Positions 1-9,768 of a stretch of DNA of 64,000 nucleotides are shown piece by piece. The stretch lies in the NCBI GenBank assembly GCA_963707025.1, contig CAVPOM010000012.1, forward strand, positions 1 through 64,000, in the 5' to 3' direction. The DNA comes from an uncultured Verrucomicrobiae bacterium. GTDB lineage: Bacteria; Verrucomicrobiota; Verrucomicrobiia; Limisphaerales; Palsa-1400. How positions within the stretch are numbered: position 1 is the stretch's first letter; every line of letters begins with the position of its first letter. Below the pieces are notes generated by a model. That model did no database searches. It was given only the letters and a program-made list of their open reading frames with translations, and had not been told where the DNA came from. The position numbers were made by a program, and so were the translations under genes.

Positions 1-60
1 GGAATCGAACCCTCGTCTCGGGCTTGGGAAGCCCACATTCTACCATTGAACCACACCCGC
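1..60 (-). tRNA. tRNA-Gly (anticodon CCC), 3' end runs off the window
   Basis: Reverse complement reads GCGGGTGTGGTTCAATGGTAGAATGTGGGCTTCCCAAGCCCGAGACGAGGGTTCGATTCC: D-arm, GGGCT/AGCCC anticodon stem around CCC, and GTTCGATTC T-loop. Confidence 0.93.
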
Positions 61-445
61 TGATTTCTCCCGCATCGTATCCATCTCCCCGGTCTTTTGG
101 CAAGCTCGTTTTCAGCTTCCCTTCCCGGCTGGGCGCATCTTGACACTGCTGCCGGCGGAGTGCGGCCGTCCCCGGCCGCAGCAAGCCAGGGATTGTTTGG
201 GTGCTCAGGAAAATCACCGCCGCGCCGTATTTCCCACGCTGCTGCGCCCGAGGACGGGCGCACTCCTGTGGCATTTTTGCGCCTTAGGCCAGTAGCAGTG
301 TCAAGATACGCCCTTCCCGGCTTCCCAGCTTCGCTCGGAACTCCTTCCTCCCATTTCACCTCAGCCCAGCGCGGCGATGAGGGCGGCAAGATGGGTCTTG
401 GCCCGCTCAACCGATTCGCAAAGCGGTCTTCCCCGCGCCAGCCAG
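29..445. repeat. Diverged direct repeat copy A (tRNA-Gly 5' half + spacer + thiD 3' end)
   Basis: Aligns by eye to 2283-2704 once the two MITEs are removed; ORF 361-543(-) ends ...SVERAKTHLAALIAALG like the ThiD C-terminus. Confidence 0.85.
131..313. mobile_element. MITE with 20-bp terminal inverted repeats and 9-bp target-site duplication, containing an internal REP-like inverted pair
   Basis: GGGCGCATCTTGACACTGCT ... AGCAGTGTCAAGATACGCCC (1 mismatch); TTCCCGGCT at 122-130 and 314-322; absent from the paralogous copy at 2283-2704. Confidence 0.85.
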
Positions 446-851
446 CGCCGAGCGGTGCCGCCTCCCCACGCGTCAGGAATCTGGTCTTGGAGCGTCAAAA
501 AAAGCTTGATGGCACCGTCAAGGACGGTTCTATTGTTGGTCAATGAGACGGAAAGGCCTGCGCTGGTCGCGGCGCGCGGGTCAGATGGGAAATGTCAGAT
601 GAAATGAGACACAACCCGCCAGCGTGGGCGACGAGTTCGCCGACTTTCGTAAAGAATTTTCCCGGCTTTTGCCGGCAAGATCCTCAGCGGCCTGCTGGCA
701 GGTTTGTGCTCGATCACCCGCACAACGTCAATGAATCGGCGGGGGCAAGAAGGAATTTCTTGTCGGTGACCCTTTGGGCAGGACGGTTTGTTGCGCCCCG
801 CTCTTGTCAAATGGAAATATGCAGTCCAAACCGGGCAACACCCCCCGAACC

Positions 852-2254
852 ATGAACGCTCATCCACTATCGAGAAAGGCCGCCGCGCTCCTTGCGGCCC
901 TCTGTCTGACTCCGCTCCTCCTGCGGGCGCAAAACGCCAAGGACATTCCCGTCAAACACTTCATCTACATCATCCAGGAAAACATAACCTTTGACCATTA
1001 CTTTGGGACGTTTCCCGGGGCGGATGGCATTCCCAAGGATGTGAAGCTTTCTTACATGCCGGGCGGTGCAAAGATCTACGCCCCCTTTCATCTGGACCAA
1101 ACGTCCATTCCGCACGACCTGAACCATAGCTGGCAGGCCGCCCACGTCGCCTACGACGGGGGCAAAATGGATGGATTCATCCGCGCGGAATGGCCCATGG
1201 CCCTCTCTTACTTCTGGCAGGGTCCGCTGCCGACGGTGGATCCGGAAGACATTCTGCCACTGGACGACAACCCGGAACTCGCCAAACAGGATCAGGCCCT
1301 GGCCAATTCCGGGCGCGGGCGGAACGCGCGCCCGCTGACTTCCAACCAACTGGCCGCCTTGGCGGCTGGGGACCTTCCCACGACGCACCGGGCCACTCCC
1401 CCGCCCGGGCCGCCTCCGGCGTGGGTCACCAACACCCTGTCCTACTACGATTGGCACGAGATTCCCAATTATTGGGAATACGCGCGCCGCTTTACGCTCT
1501 GTGACGCCTTCTTTTCGTCGTTGGCGGGCCCGAGCAAGCCAACCACCTCTATACTGTGGCCGCCCAATCCGGCGGCCTTGTCAACAATCCCGGGCGTGGC
1601 GTGGCGGGCATGGAGGGAGTCTATACTTTCACCACTCTGGCCGAACTGCTCCAGCACTCCCAGCACACCTGGAAGTACTACGACGAGAAACAAAACCCGA
1701 AGGTTCATTCGCTCTGGAATCCGATGCCCGGGTTCAAGGCCATCGCCAACAGTCCGCAACTCATGTCCCACCTGGTGTCCCTGAGCGAATTCTATGCCGA
1801 CGCCAAGGCGGATCGCTTGCCGGAAGTCTGCTGGATCGTTCCGACCGCCGCCGACAGCGAGCATCCGCCGGCCGACAGCGCCCGCGGGATGTGGCATGTG
1901 ACCGGTCTGGTCAACGCGGTCATGCAAAGCCCCGCCTGGAAGGACACCGTCCTCATCGTCACTTGGGATGATTACGGCGGCTTTTACGATCATGTGGCCC
2001 CGCCGCAGGTGGACAAATACGGCTACGGCCCGCGCGTTCCCGCCCTGGTGATTTCCCCTTGGGCCAAGCCAGGTTTCATCTGCCACGTCCACTACGATTT
2101 CACCTCGCCGCTCAAACTGATCGAAGATCACTTCGGGCTCAAGCCGTTGGCGGACCGGGATCGGGAGGCCGACAACATGCTCTCTTGCTTCGACTTCCGG
2201 CAGAAGCCAACCCCGCCTGAGGTGCTGACGAAGGAGACAGAGCTCAAATTCTGA
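852..2254 (+). pseudogene. Secreted phosphoesterase/phospholipase C family protein, frameshifted near 1540
   Basis: Signal peptide, IQENITFDHYFG, DLNHSW, CDAFFSS..GPS; continues in another frame as [12 protein letters not shown]...SEHPP...[14 protein letters not shown]...GPRVP; one base missing at GAGCAAGCCAACCAC (real mutation or sequencing error). Confidence 0.85.
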
Positions 2255-2282
2255 CTTGACACAACGGTTGCAGGCCGGGAGC

Positions 2283-2704
2283 AAGCCCACATTCTGCCAT
2301 GGAACCGCACCCGCTGTTTTCTCCCGGTTCGTATCCGTCTGCGCGGTCTTTTGGCTGGCTCGTTATCAGCTTTCCTTCCCAGTTCCCGGCTTCTCTCGCA
2401 ACTCCTTCTTTCCATGTCACCTCAGCCGGAACGATGCAATTGAACCGCTGATGAACACAGATAAACACGGATAAGGCACGGCGATGACGGGCTTTTTCCT
2501 GGGGCTGGACAGAGCTGCCAAATCGTGAGCGAAAGGAGCACGGGGAAATCTCCTTTTCTGCGCCGTAAGATCCGTGTCCATCCGTGTTCATCAGCGGTTC
2601 TCCTCTGCATGGATGCGGCTCAGCCCAGCGCGGCGATAAGGGCGGTGATATGGGTCTTGGCCCGCTCAACCGATGCGCGCAGGGATTTTCCCCGCGCCAG
2701 CCAG
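2283..2704. repeat. Diverged direct repeat copy B (degenerate tRNA-Gly 5' half + spacer + thiD 3' end)
   Basis: AAGCCCACATTCTGCCATGGAACCGCACCCGC vs AAGCCCACATTCTACCATTGAACCACACCCGC at 29-60. Confidence 0.85.
2425..2619. mobile_element. ~195-bp MITE-like element, copy 1, inserted at the thiD stop codon
   Basis: Imperfect terminal inverted repeats GCCGGAACGATGCA / TGCATGGATGCGGC; TCA duplicated on both sides; near-identical inverted copy at 26900-27093. Confidence 0.85.
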
Positions 2705-3378
2705 GCGGTGATGGCCGCCGAATAGGTGCAGCCAGCGCCGTGCAAGGCAACGCCTCTGATCCGCGGCGCCGACAGCATCCATTCGCCCGCCGCGCCACAG
2801 AGAAAGTCCACCGCGCTGTCCCCGCCCGCCAGGTGGCCCCCTTTGACCAGCGCCGCGCAGCCGCATGTTTGATAAATGATCCTGGCTGCGGCGCGAAGTT
2901 CCTCCGGTGTCCGGATTTTTCTCCCAATCAAAACCTCCGCCTCGGCCAGGTTTGGCGTCACCAGCGCGGCCAGCGGCAACAGGTCGCGCCGGAGCCTGGC
3001 GAGCGCGTCGCGCTGCAAGAGACGCCGTCCGCTGGTGGCCATCATGACCGGATCAACCACCAGCGGAACGCCCGGCGTTTGCCGGAAGAACCGGGCCACC
3101 TCGCGGACAATCGCGGCGGAATACAACAGGCCGGTTTTGGCCGCCGCCGGGGGCGACCAGGCAAAGACGGCCTCGATTTGCGCCCGCACCATTTTGGGCG
3201 CGCAAGGTTCCAGGCGCGAAATGGCCCCGGGGTTTTGCGCCGTGATGCAAGTGATGGCGCTGGCCCCATGCACCCCCAGCGCGGCAAAAGTCTTCAGATC
3301 GGCTTGAATGCCCGCCCCGCCTCCGCTGTCGGAGCCGGCGATGGTCAAAGCAACTGGGTTGAGTTTGATTTTTGACAT
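2620..3378 (-). CDS. thiD: Hydroxymethylpyrimidine/phosphomethylpyrimidine kinase
   Basis: ALTIAGSDSGGGAGIQADLKTF, VVDPVM, TPNLAEAE, VKGGH, HGAGCTYSAAI. Confidence 0.95.
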   Translation of the reverse strand: MSKIKLNPVALTIAGSDSGGGAGIQADLKTFAALGVHGASAITCITAQNPGAISRLEPCAPKMVRAQIEAVFAWSPPAAAKTGLLYSAAIVREVARFFRQTPGVPLVVDPVMMATSGRRLLQRDALARLRRDLLPLAALVTPNLAEAEVLIGRKIRTPEELRAAARIIYQTCGCAALVKGGHLAGGDSAVDFLCGAAGEWMLSAPRIRGVALHGAGCTYSAAITAWLARGKSLRASVERAKTHITALIAALG

Positions 3379-3415
3379 GGTATTCGTCCGACGGGAAAAT
3401 GCGTCGGTCACGCAC

Positions 3416-3493
3416 GGTAGGGCGAGACTCCGTCGAGCCGAAACTCGATTGCCTGGGAAAAGTTCACGGCTCGAACAGAGTCTCGCCCTACCG
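3416..3493. repeat. REP-like inverted pair (GGTAGGGCGAGACTC family); related copies at ~10827 and ~26836
   Basis: GGTAGGGCGAGACTCCGTCGAGCC...GGCTCGAACAGAGTCTCGCCCTACC palindrome. Confidence 0.7.
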
Positions 3494-3572
3494 TGCCCGC
3501 CGCCACCGGCGCAATTCCCATGGGACATAATCCAACTTTTCTCCGCTCCGTTTCCAGCTTATTCTCAACCCA

Positions 3573-5327
3573 ATGAATAAAGATCAGGTCGCCCAGGTTC
3601 TGACGGAGATCGCCACGCTGCTCGAACTCAAAGGGGAGAATCCCTTCAAGTCGCGCGCTTACGCCAACGCCGCCCGCGCCATCGAGTCCCTGGGCCAGCC
3701 GCTGGAAACGGTTTTCGCCCCGCAGTCCGAGGCCAGCATCAAGGGTATCGGCGACAGTCTGCATCAAAAAATTTGCGAACTGCTGGCCACCGGCAAACTG
3801 GGTTATTATGAGCAACTGAAGAATTCCGTGCCGCCGGGGCTGCTCCTCATGCTGGCCATCCCCGGTCTTGGCCCCAAAAAAGTCAAGGCGCTGCACGACA
3901 AACTCGGCGTCGAGACCATGGAGCAATTGGAAAAGGCCTGCCAGGAAAACAAGGTCGCGCAGTTGGCCGGGTTTGGGGAAAAAACGCAGGCGAACATTCT
4001 GGCGGGGATAAATTTCCGGCGTCAATACGCTTCGCGCCACTTGTTGCGCGACGCGCTGCTGGCCGCCGAACCCATCCTGGCCAATCTGCGCGAGCATCCG
4101 GCGGTGGTGCGGTGCAGCACGGCGGGCAGTTTGCGGCGGAGCAAGGAAGTAATCGGCGACATTGATTTTCTGGCCTCCTCGCGCCAGGCGGCGGCGGTGA
4201 TTGAGTTCTTCACCGGGCAACCCGGCGTGGTCAGCGTGAGCGCAAAAGGGGAAACCAAGGCGAGCGTCGTGTTGGAGGGGGGCATCCAGGCGGACTTGCG
4301 GGTGGTGAGCGACGCGGAGTTTCCGTTTGCGCTGGCGTATTTCACAGGAAGCAAGGAGCACAACATCGTCATGCGCCAGCGGGCCATTCAGCGCGGCCTG
4401 CGCCTCAATGAATACGGACTTTTCAAATCGGAGGTTGAGACGCGCGATCCGGCCTTGCTCGTCAAATGCCAGAGCGAGGAGGAGATTTTCGAGAAACTTG
4501 GACTGGCTGACATTCCTCCCGAACTGCGCGAGGACCTGGGAGAATTTGCCGCCGCGGAGAAACACGCCCTGCCGCGCCTGCTGGAATGGACCGAGTTAAA
4601 AGGCTCCCTGCACAATCATTCCACCTGGAGCGACGGCCGCATGACCCTGCCGGATATTGCCCGCCAGGCGCAGGAGCTGGGCTGCGCCTATTGGGCCGTC
4701 ACCGATCATTCCAAATCCTCCTTCCAGGCCAACGGCCTGGATCCAGTCCGGCTGCGTCAACAATTGGAAGAGGTGGCCGGGCTCAACCGCCAGTTCGCCG
4801 CCGAAGGACGCGATTTCCGTTTCCTCACCGGCTCGGAAGTGGACATTTTGAGCGATGGCCGGCTGGACTTTGACGACGACCTGCTGGCGCAACTGGACGT
4901 GGTGGTGGCCAGCGTCCATCAGGGCTTCACCCAGAGCGAAGCGGAGATGACCCGGCGCCTGATCCGCGCCGCCGGGAATCCCTTCGTCCATATCCTGGGC
5001 CACCTCACCGGGCGGCTGCTGTTGGAACGCGAACCCTACAAAGTAAATCAAACCGCCATCATTGACGCCTGCGCGGAAACAGGCACCTGGATCGAGTTGA
5101 ACGCCAGCCCGCTGCGTTGCGACATGGACTGGCGGCTCTGGCACTACGCCAGGGACAAAGGCGTGAAGTGCGCGATCAATTGCGACGCCCACCGTTACGA
5201 AGACGCCGGCCATCTGCGTTTGGGCGCGGGCCTGGCCCGCAAAGGCTGGCTGGAAAAAAAGGACGTCGTCAACACCCTCCCCTTGCCCGCCCTCCGCCAG
5301 GCCCTGCAACGCAAGAGAAACCGCTGA
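3573..5327 (+). CDS. polX: DNA polymerase X family / PHP 3'-5' exonuclease
   Basis: ENPFKSRAY, HhH motifs (IKGIG, IPGLGPKK), GSLRR..EVIGDIDFL, YFTGSKEHN, PHP HNHSTWSDG, TDHS, DAH. Confidence 0.95.
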   Translation: MNKDQVAQVLTEIATLLELKGENPFKSRAYANAARAIESLGQPLETVFAPQSEASIKGIGDSLHQKICELLATGKLGYYEQLKNSVPPGLLLMLAIPGLGPKKVKALHDKLGVETMEQLEKACQENKVAQLAGFGEKTQANILAGINFRRQYASRHLLRDALLAAEPILANLREHPAVVRCSTAGSLRRSKEVIGDIDFLASSRQAAAVIEFFTGQPGVVSVSAKGETKASVVLEGGIQADLRVVSDAEFPFALAYFTGSKEHNIVMRQRAIQRGLRLNEYGLFKSEVETRDPALLVKCQSEEEIFEKLGLADIPPELREDLGEFAAAEKHALPRLLEWTELKGSLHNHSTWSDGRMTLPDIARQAQELGCAYWAVTDHSKSSFQANGLDPVRLRQQLEEVAGLNRQFAAEGRDFRFLTGSEVDILSDGRLDFDDDLLAQLDVVVASVHQGFTQSEAEMTRRLIRAAGNPFVHILGHLTGRLLLEREPYKVNQTAIIDACAETGTWIELNASPLRCDMDWRLWHYARDKGVKCAINCDAHRYEDAGHLRLGAGLARKGWLEKKDVVNTLPLPALRQALQRKRNR

Positions 5328-5357
5328 CGCAAAATTCAGCGTGTTCCGCGCAAAGAT

Positions 5358-6260
5358 TCATCGCGGTCGCGGATTCGGTGGCACCCAGGTTTGGTTCCAA
5401 TAGAAATTCCAGAGCTTCTCAAGCTTCGCCAATTCAACATGGCCATCAACGCAGGCCAGGTTAATCGCCCCCGGCAGCTTTTGTGTTGGATCAATATTGG
5501 TGGGCGCCTTGGCGGCGGGAATGCCGCCATGCCGGTCAATGAGCATTCGTCCCAGTCCGGCGTTGAATCTTCTTGCTGCTGTCTCGCCCAGATACAAGTT
5601 GTCCGGAGGCGCATCACTGGTTCTGGGCCAGCTATCCACGAAGATTCCGTCAGAAAACACCGGCGTTTTTGACGGCAGCAGAATATTGGATTCCTTCTGG
5701 AAAATCTTGTCCCGATCCGCTGGGGGCATGCCTCCAAATTGATTGGTCAGACTGGAATATAACCAGCCGTTCAATAAGTAGCTTCCGTACCAGCGCCTGG
5801 CAGGCTCTCTGGAATCGTAATACCAGGTTTTGTCCGCTGTTCCCAAGAATGAAGCGGGATTGGGGTCTTTTGCGGCGGGACATTTGCGCAAGGCATCCAA
5901 GGCGGGCTGATAATCAACCAGCCGCCCCATCCAAAGGTTGTTTTTCCCTGTGAAATCGTAGTCCAGACAGGTCGAATTGTAGTCGCTCATATACATGGTG
6001 TGCGCCAGGGTGAACTGTCTGAGGTTGCCCAGACATTGGGTCTGCAGCGCCCTCAATTTTGTTCCTGCCAGCACGGGCGACAACAACGCCGCCAATATGC
6101 CGATGACCGCGATGACGACCAGCATTTCAACCAAGGTAAATGCGCCAGGCTCGCGACTCATCTGGACCGTGAAATTTGGCCCGGCGGAAGATAATGCCCG
6201 CCATTGCCCTTTCAGCCGCACGCGGCGGCTCGGCCCATGAAAGGCTTGCGTCTTTCTCAT
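5358..6260 (-). CDS. Prepilin-type N-terminal cleavage/methylation domain protein with C-terminal H-X9-DG motif
   Basis: AFTLVEMLVVIAVIGILAALLSPVL...CLGNLRQ and INLACVDGHVE; start uncertain (6260 or 6161). Confidence 0.85.
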   Translation of the reverse strand: MRKTQAFHGPSRRVRLKGQWRALSSAGPNFTVQMSREPGAFTLVEMLVVIAVIGILAALLSPVLAGTKLRALQTQCLGNLRQFTLAHTMYMSDYNSTCLDYDFTGKNNLWMGRLVDYQPALDALRKCPAAKDPNPASFLGTADKTWYYDSREPARRWYGSYLLNGWLYSSLTNQFGGMPPADRDKIFQKESNILLPSKTPVFSDGIFVDSWPRTSDAPPDNLYLGETAARRFNAGLGRMLIDRHGGIPAAKAPTNIDPTQKLPGAINLACVDGHVELAKLEKLWNFYWNQTWVPPNPRPR

Positions 6261-6470
6261 AAAGCAGTCAAACACGACTTCCCAAGATTTGTTCCGGGTG
6301 GACCCAGGCAGTCCGCCACTTGAAACACCTCTCTCTGCATCTTGACTCATCCCGACAATTCCTGCGCCGCGCCGATGATGGTTAAATGCTTGGAGGTATT
6401 TAACGGATTTACGCCAAATTTGTCAACGACAAAAGTGGATCCCTATGGTATTCAATCAGGCAACAACAGC

Positions 6471-7997
6471 ATGAATGCGTCCGTCAAATACAATGTTCCG
6501 TTCCTCCTCGCACTCTGCGGCCTCCTCGCGCCGCCCCTGGCCTCCCTCGCCGCCGAAAATTCGGACCTCTGGGGACGCAGCGGCGAGCAGTGGACCCCGC
6601 AGAGCCGCCTGCCCGATTTCTCCTTCGCCGGCTATCATTGCGGCGAAGCCCCGCTGCCCACGCTGCCGCCGGGCGCGAGCGTGAAGGACTTCGGCGCCAA
6701 AGGCGATGGCGTCACCGACGACACCCAGGCCTTTCTCGACGCCCTGGCCAAGGCAAAAACCGGGGCCATCGAAATTCCGCCAGGCCGTTACAAGATCACG
6801 AAAATCCTCCAGATCACGCGCCCAGGCATGGTGCTGCGCGGCGCCGGGGCGGATCGGACCTTCCTCTTTTTTCCCGTGCCGCTCAACGAAATCCAGCCCA
6901 AGTGGAGCGCCACCACCGAGGGCCGGCCCACCTCCGATTACTCGTGGGCCGGCGGTTTGGTCTGGTTCAAGGGCGCCGAACGCGGGCAGGCCCTCGCCAC
7001 CGTCACCGCCCCGGCCAAACGCGGAGATTCTTCCTTGCAAGTTTCCTCCACCAACCTCTTCAAACCCGGCAGGCGCATCCAGATTTTCCAGACCGATGCC
7101 CCGGACAAATCGCTCACGGCCGAGCTTTACTCCGGGGATCCGGGCAATACGGACAAAATGGGCCGCGTGCGCGTCTCGCTGGTGACAAGAGTGACCCGCG
7201 TTGAAGCCGGCACGGTGCATTTTGATCGTCCGTTGCGCTGGGAGGTAAGGCTGGCGTGGCAGCCGCGCATCAGCGCCTTTGCCCCTAGCGTCACCGAAGC
7301 CGGCGTCGAAAATCTCTGCTTCGATTTTCCCAACACCCCGTATCTCGGCCACTTCACCGAAGTCGGTTACAACGCCATTGCCATCAACAACGCCGCCGAC
7401 TGCTGGGTGCGCGACATCCGCATTCTCAATGCCGACAGCGGCCTCTTTCCCGGCGGCCATTTCTGCACCATCCAGGGCGTCGTGTTCCAGTCGGCGCGTC
7501 TTCCCGAAAAGGAGCGCGGCGCCACCGGCCACCACGGCATCAATTTCGAAGGGGACGACAATTTCTTCGGCGCTTTTGATTTTCAGACAAAATTTATGCA
7601 CGACATCACTGTGGATCATCAGTGCGCGGGCAATGTCTGCGCCCAGGGCAAGGGCGTGGACCTCTGCTTCGATCACCACAAGGACGCTCCCTACGAGAAT
7701 CTGTTCACCGACATTGACATCGGGTTGGGCACGCGGCCCTGGCAATGTGGCGGCGGGGCCGACTTGGGCAAGAACACCGGGGCGCGCGCGACCTTCTGGA
7801 ACATCCGCGCCCGCAAGCCGCTGTCCTATCCGCCCTCCGCCTTCGGCCCGCCCTCGATGAACCTGGTCGCCCTCCAAACCGACAAGCCAAGCGTGAAACA
7901 ACCAGCCGGCAAGTGGTTCGAGGCCATTCCACCCGAAGATGTCGCGCCCCAAGATTTGCACGCCGCCCAACTCGCCCGCCGTCTCGCCAGGCCGTGA
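6471..7997 (+). CDS. Secreted pectin-lyase-fold (right-handed beta-helix) polysaccharide-active protein
   Basis: Signal peptide; LPDFSFAGY; VKDFGAKGDGVTDDTQAF; PPGRY; VLRGAG. Confidence 0.8.
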   Translation: MNASVKYNVPFLLALCGLLAPPLASLAAENSDLWGRSGEQWTPQSRLPDFSFAGYHCGEAPLPTLPPGASVKDFGAKGDGVTDDTQAFLDALAKAKTGAIEIPPGRYKITKILQITRPGMVLRGAGADRTFLFFPVPLNEIQPKWSATTEGRPTSDYSWAGGLVWFKGAERGQALATVTAPAKRGDSSLQVSSTNLFKPGRRIQIFQTDAPDKSLTAELYSGDPGNTDKMGRVRVSLVTRVTRVEAGTVHFDRPLRWEVRLAWQPRISAFAPSVTEAGVENLCFDFPNTPYLGHFTEVGYNAIAINNAADCWVRDIRILNADSGLFPGGHFCTIQGVVFQSARLPEKERGATGHHGINFEGDDNFFGAFDFQTKFMHDITVDHQCAGNVCAQGKGVDLCFDHHKDAPYENLFTDIDIGLGTRPWQCGGGADLGKNTGARATFWNIRARKPLSYPPSAFGPPSMNLVALQTDKPSVKQPAGKWFEAIPPEDVAPQDLHAAQLARRLARP

Positions 7998-8153
7998 CAA
8001 ATAAGGTAGGGGCGTCGTGCTGCGGCGCCCGGGATCCCGATTCCGAATCGGGACGCCGTCCCAACCCAAGGAAATGAAGAATTTTGTCCTGCACCCCCCG
8101 CGACGCCGGACGCGGCGGTTGACTTTTCCATGCGACGCCAGCAAATTAGGAAG

Positions 8154-8366
8154 ATGAAATATCGAGTGGTCATTGAGCCGGATGAGGACGGAGTGTTCGT
8201 GGCTGAGTGCCCTGCCTTGCCGGGCTGCGTCTCGCAAGGCAAGACGCGCGCCGAAGCGCTGGCCAACATCAAGGACGCCATGACCGGGTATCTGGCCAGC
8301 CTCAAGAAACACGGCGAGGCCGCACCCCCGCCCATCAGCGAGGAAATCGTCGAGATTCCGGCATGA
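8154..8366 (+). CDS. hicB: HicB-family antitoxin (short form)
   Basis: YRVVIEPDEDGVFVAECPALPGCVSQGKTRAEALANIKDAM. Confidence 0.9.
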   Translation: MKYRVVIEPDEDGVFVAECPALPGCVSQGKTRAEALANIKDAMTGYLASLKKHGEAAPPPISEEIVEIPA

Positions 8367-8581
8367 GCCGCCTGCCCGTTTGTTCCGGCCAGGATGCCCT
8401 CCGCGCTTTTCAGAAGCTGGGCTACCAGGTGGACCATCAAACCGGCAGCCACATCATTCTGCGCCACCCGCAAATGCGCCGCCTCACAGTGCCCAATCAC
8501 CGGGAACTGGCCAAAGGAACTCTTCGGGCGCTGATTCGTGAAGCGGGCCTGACGAAAGAGGAGTTTGTGAGTTTGCTCTGA
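8363..8581 (+). CDS. hicA: HicA-family mRNA interferase toxin
   Basis: LQKLGY..HQTGSHIILRH...TVPNHRELAKGTLRALI; ATGA overlap with hicB. Confidence 0.9.
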   Translation: MSRLPVCSGQDALRAFQKLGYQVDHQTGSHIILRHPQMRRLTVPNHRELAKGTLRALIREAGLTKEEFVSLL

Positions 8582-8721
8582 AAAACCGCCGCTCAGGTCA
8601 GCACCCACGTTCAAACCGGCCGGAACAGAGCTTTGGCCAGTTTGGCTCCACCCACCTGCACTCCGGGCCGTGACAAATGGGCTTAGTTGTGCAAGGCTTG
8701 GCAACATTCGATTTGTCCGTC

Positions 8722-9615
8722 ATGCGAATAAAACTGCTTTTCGCCGCCTTGGTTCTCGTCCTGCTGACGGCTTGCCATAAGCCGGCGGCCTCGAAAACAC
8801 CCGCCCCCTCACCGCAGGTTTTTTCCGTCACAGGCGTGGTCAAAGCCTTGCCGCCGGACGGCAAAACCGCCGTCATTCAACATGCCGCGATTCCCAATTA
8901 CATGCCTGCCATGACCATGGCCTTTGCCGTGAAGGACGCCCGCGAGTTGCGCGGGCTGCACCCCGGCGATTCCATTTCCTTTCAAATGGTGGTGACGGAG
9001 CAGGATGGGTGGATCGAACATATTTCCAAATTGGCCCAGGCCGCGCCCGTGGCCGTTGTTCCTGCGCCCGCCGCGCCGGCGGCGCCTGCGCAGTGGCGGG
9101 CGGCCCCGCCGGCTTTGGAGGAGGGCGGCCAACTGCCCGACTATCATCTGACTAATGAACTGGGCCAGGCCGTCAGCCTGGGCGGCTTCCAGGGCGGCGT
9201 CGTCGCCCTCACTTTCTTTTTTACCAGATGCCCCTATCCCACCGCCTGCCCCCTGTTGTCCGCCAAGTTTGTCGGCGTGCTGGACAAACTCCCGCAAATG
9301 CCCGGCGCGCCCGCCCGCTGGCGGCTCCTTTCCATCTCCTTCGATCCTGCCAACGACACCCCGGCGCTCCTCAAAGAGTACGCCCAGCGCTACCATTACG
9401 ATCCCGCCCGCTGGAGCTTCCTCACCGGCAGCCTGGCCGACATCAGCGACCTGGCCGGCCAATGCGGCGAAGAATTCGAGAACACCGGCGCGACCATCAA
9501 CCACAGTTTCAGCACCGTGGTGGTGGACCCGGCCGGTCGCGTGCGCAAAATCATACACGGCAATTCCTGGACCAGCGACGACCTGGCCCAGGAAATGATC
9601 AAAGCCGCCCACTGA
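8722..9615 (+). CDS. SCO family copper-binding lipoprotein with N-terminal CusF-like domain
   Basis: Lipobox LTAC; HAAIPNYMPAMTM; FFFTRCPYPTACP; ISFDP..DTP; HS. Confidence 0.88.
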   Translation: MRIKLLFAALVLVLLTACHKPAASKTPAPSPQVFSVTGVVKALPPDGKTAVIQHAAIPNYMPAMTMAFAVKDARELRGLHPGDSISFQMVVTEQDGWIEHISKLAQAAPVAVVPAPAAPAAPAQWRAAPPALEEGGQLPDYHLTNELGQAVSLGGFQGGVVALTFFFTRCPYPTACPLLSAKFVGVLDKLPQMPGAPARWRLLSISFDPANDTPALLKEYAQRYHYDPARWSFLTGSLADISDLAGQCGEEFENTGATINHSFSTVVVDPAGRVRKIIHGNSWTSDDLAQEMIKAAH

Positions 9616-9768
9616 AAATCCCCCAATCGAGTGTATCGTCCCATCAGTCCGCTCCGTCCGATCCGTCCGGTTCCGCCCCCTCCTGCCCGTTCTTGCAAAA
9701 AACCACATTTTTTCCCGGCAAAAGAGCAAAATTGAGCTATATTAGACTCGGAGGATTACGACTCCGCT

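Noticed and set aside
361..543. 60-aa ORF as a functional thiD paralogue
   Set aside because: Only the last ~27 codons resemble ThiD; it is part of the diverged duplication
2283..2314. Second tRNA gene
   Set aside because: Only a mutated 5' half; anticodon and T-arm are absent
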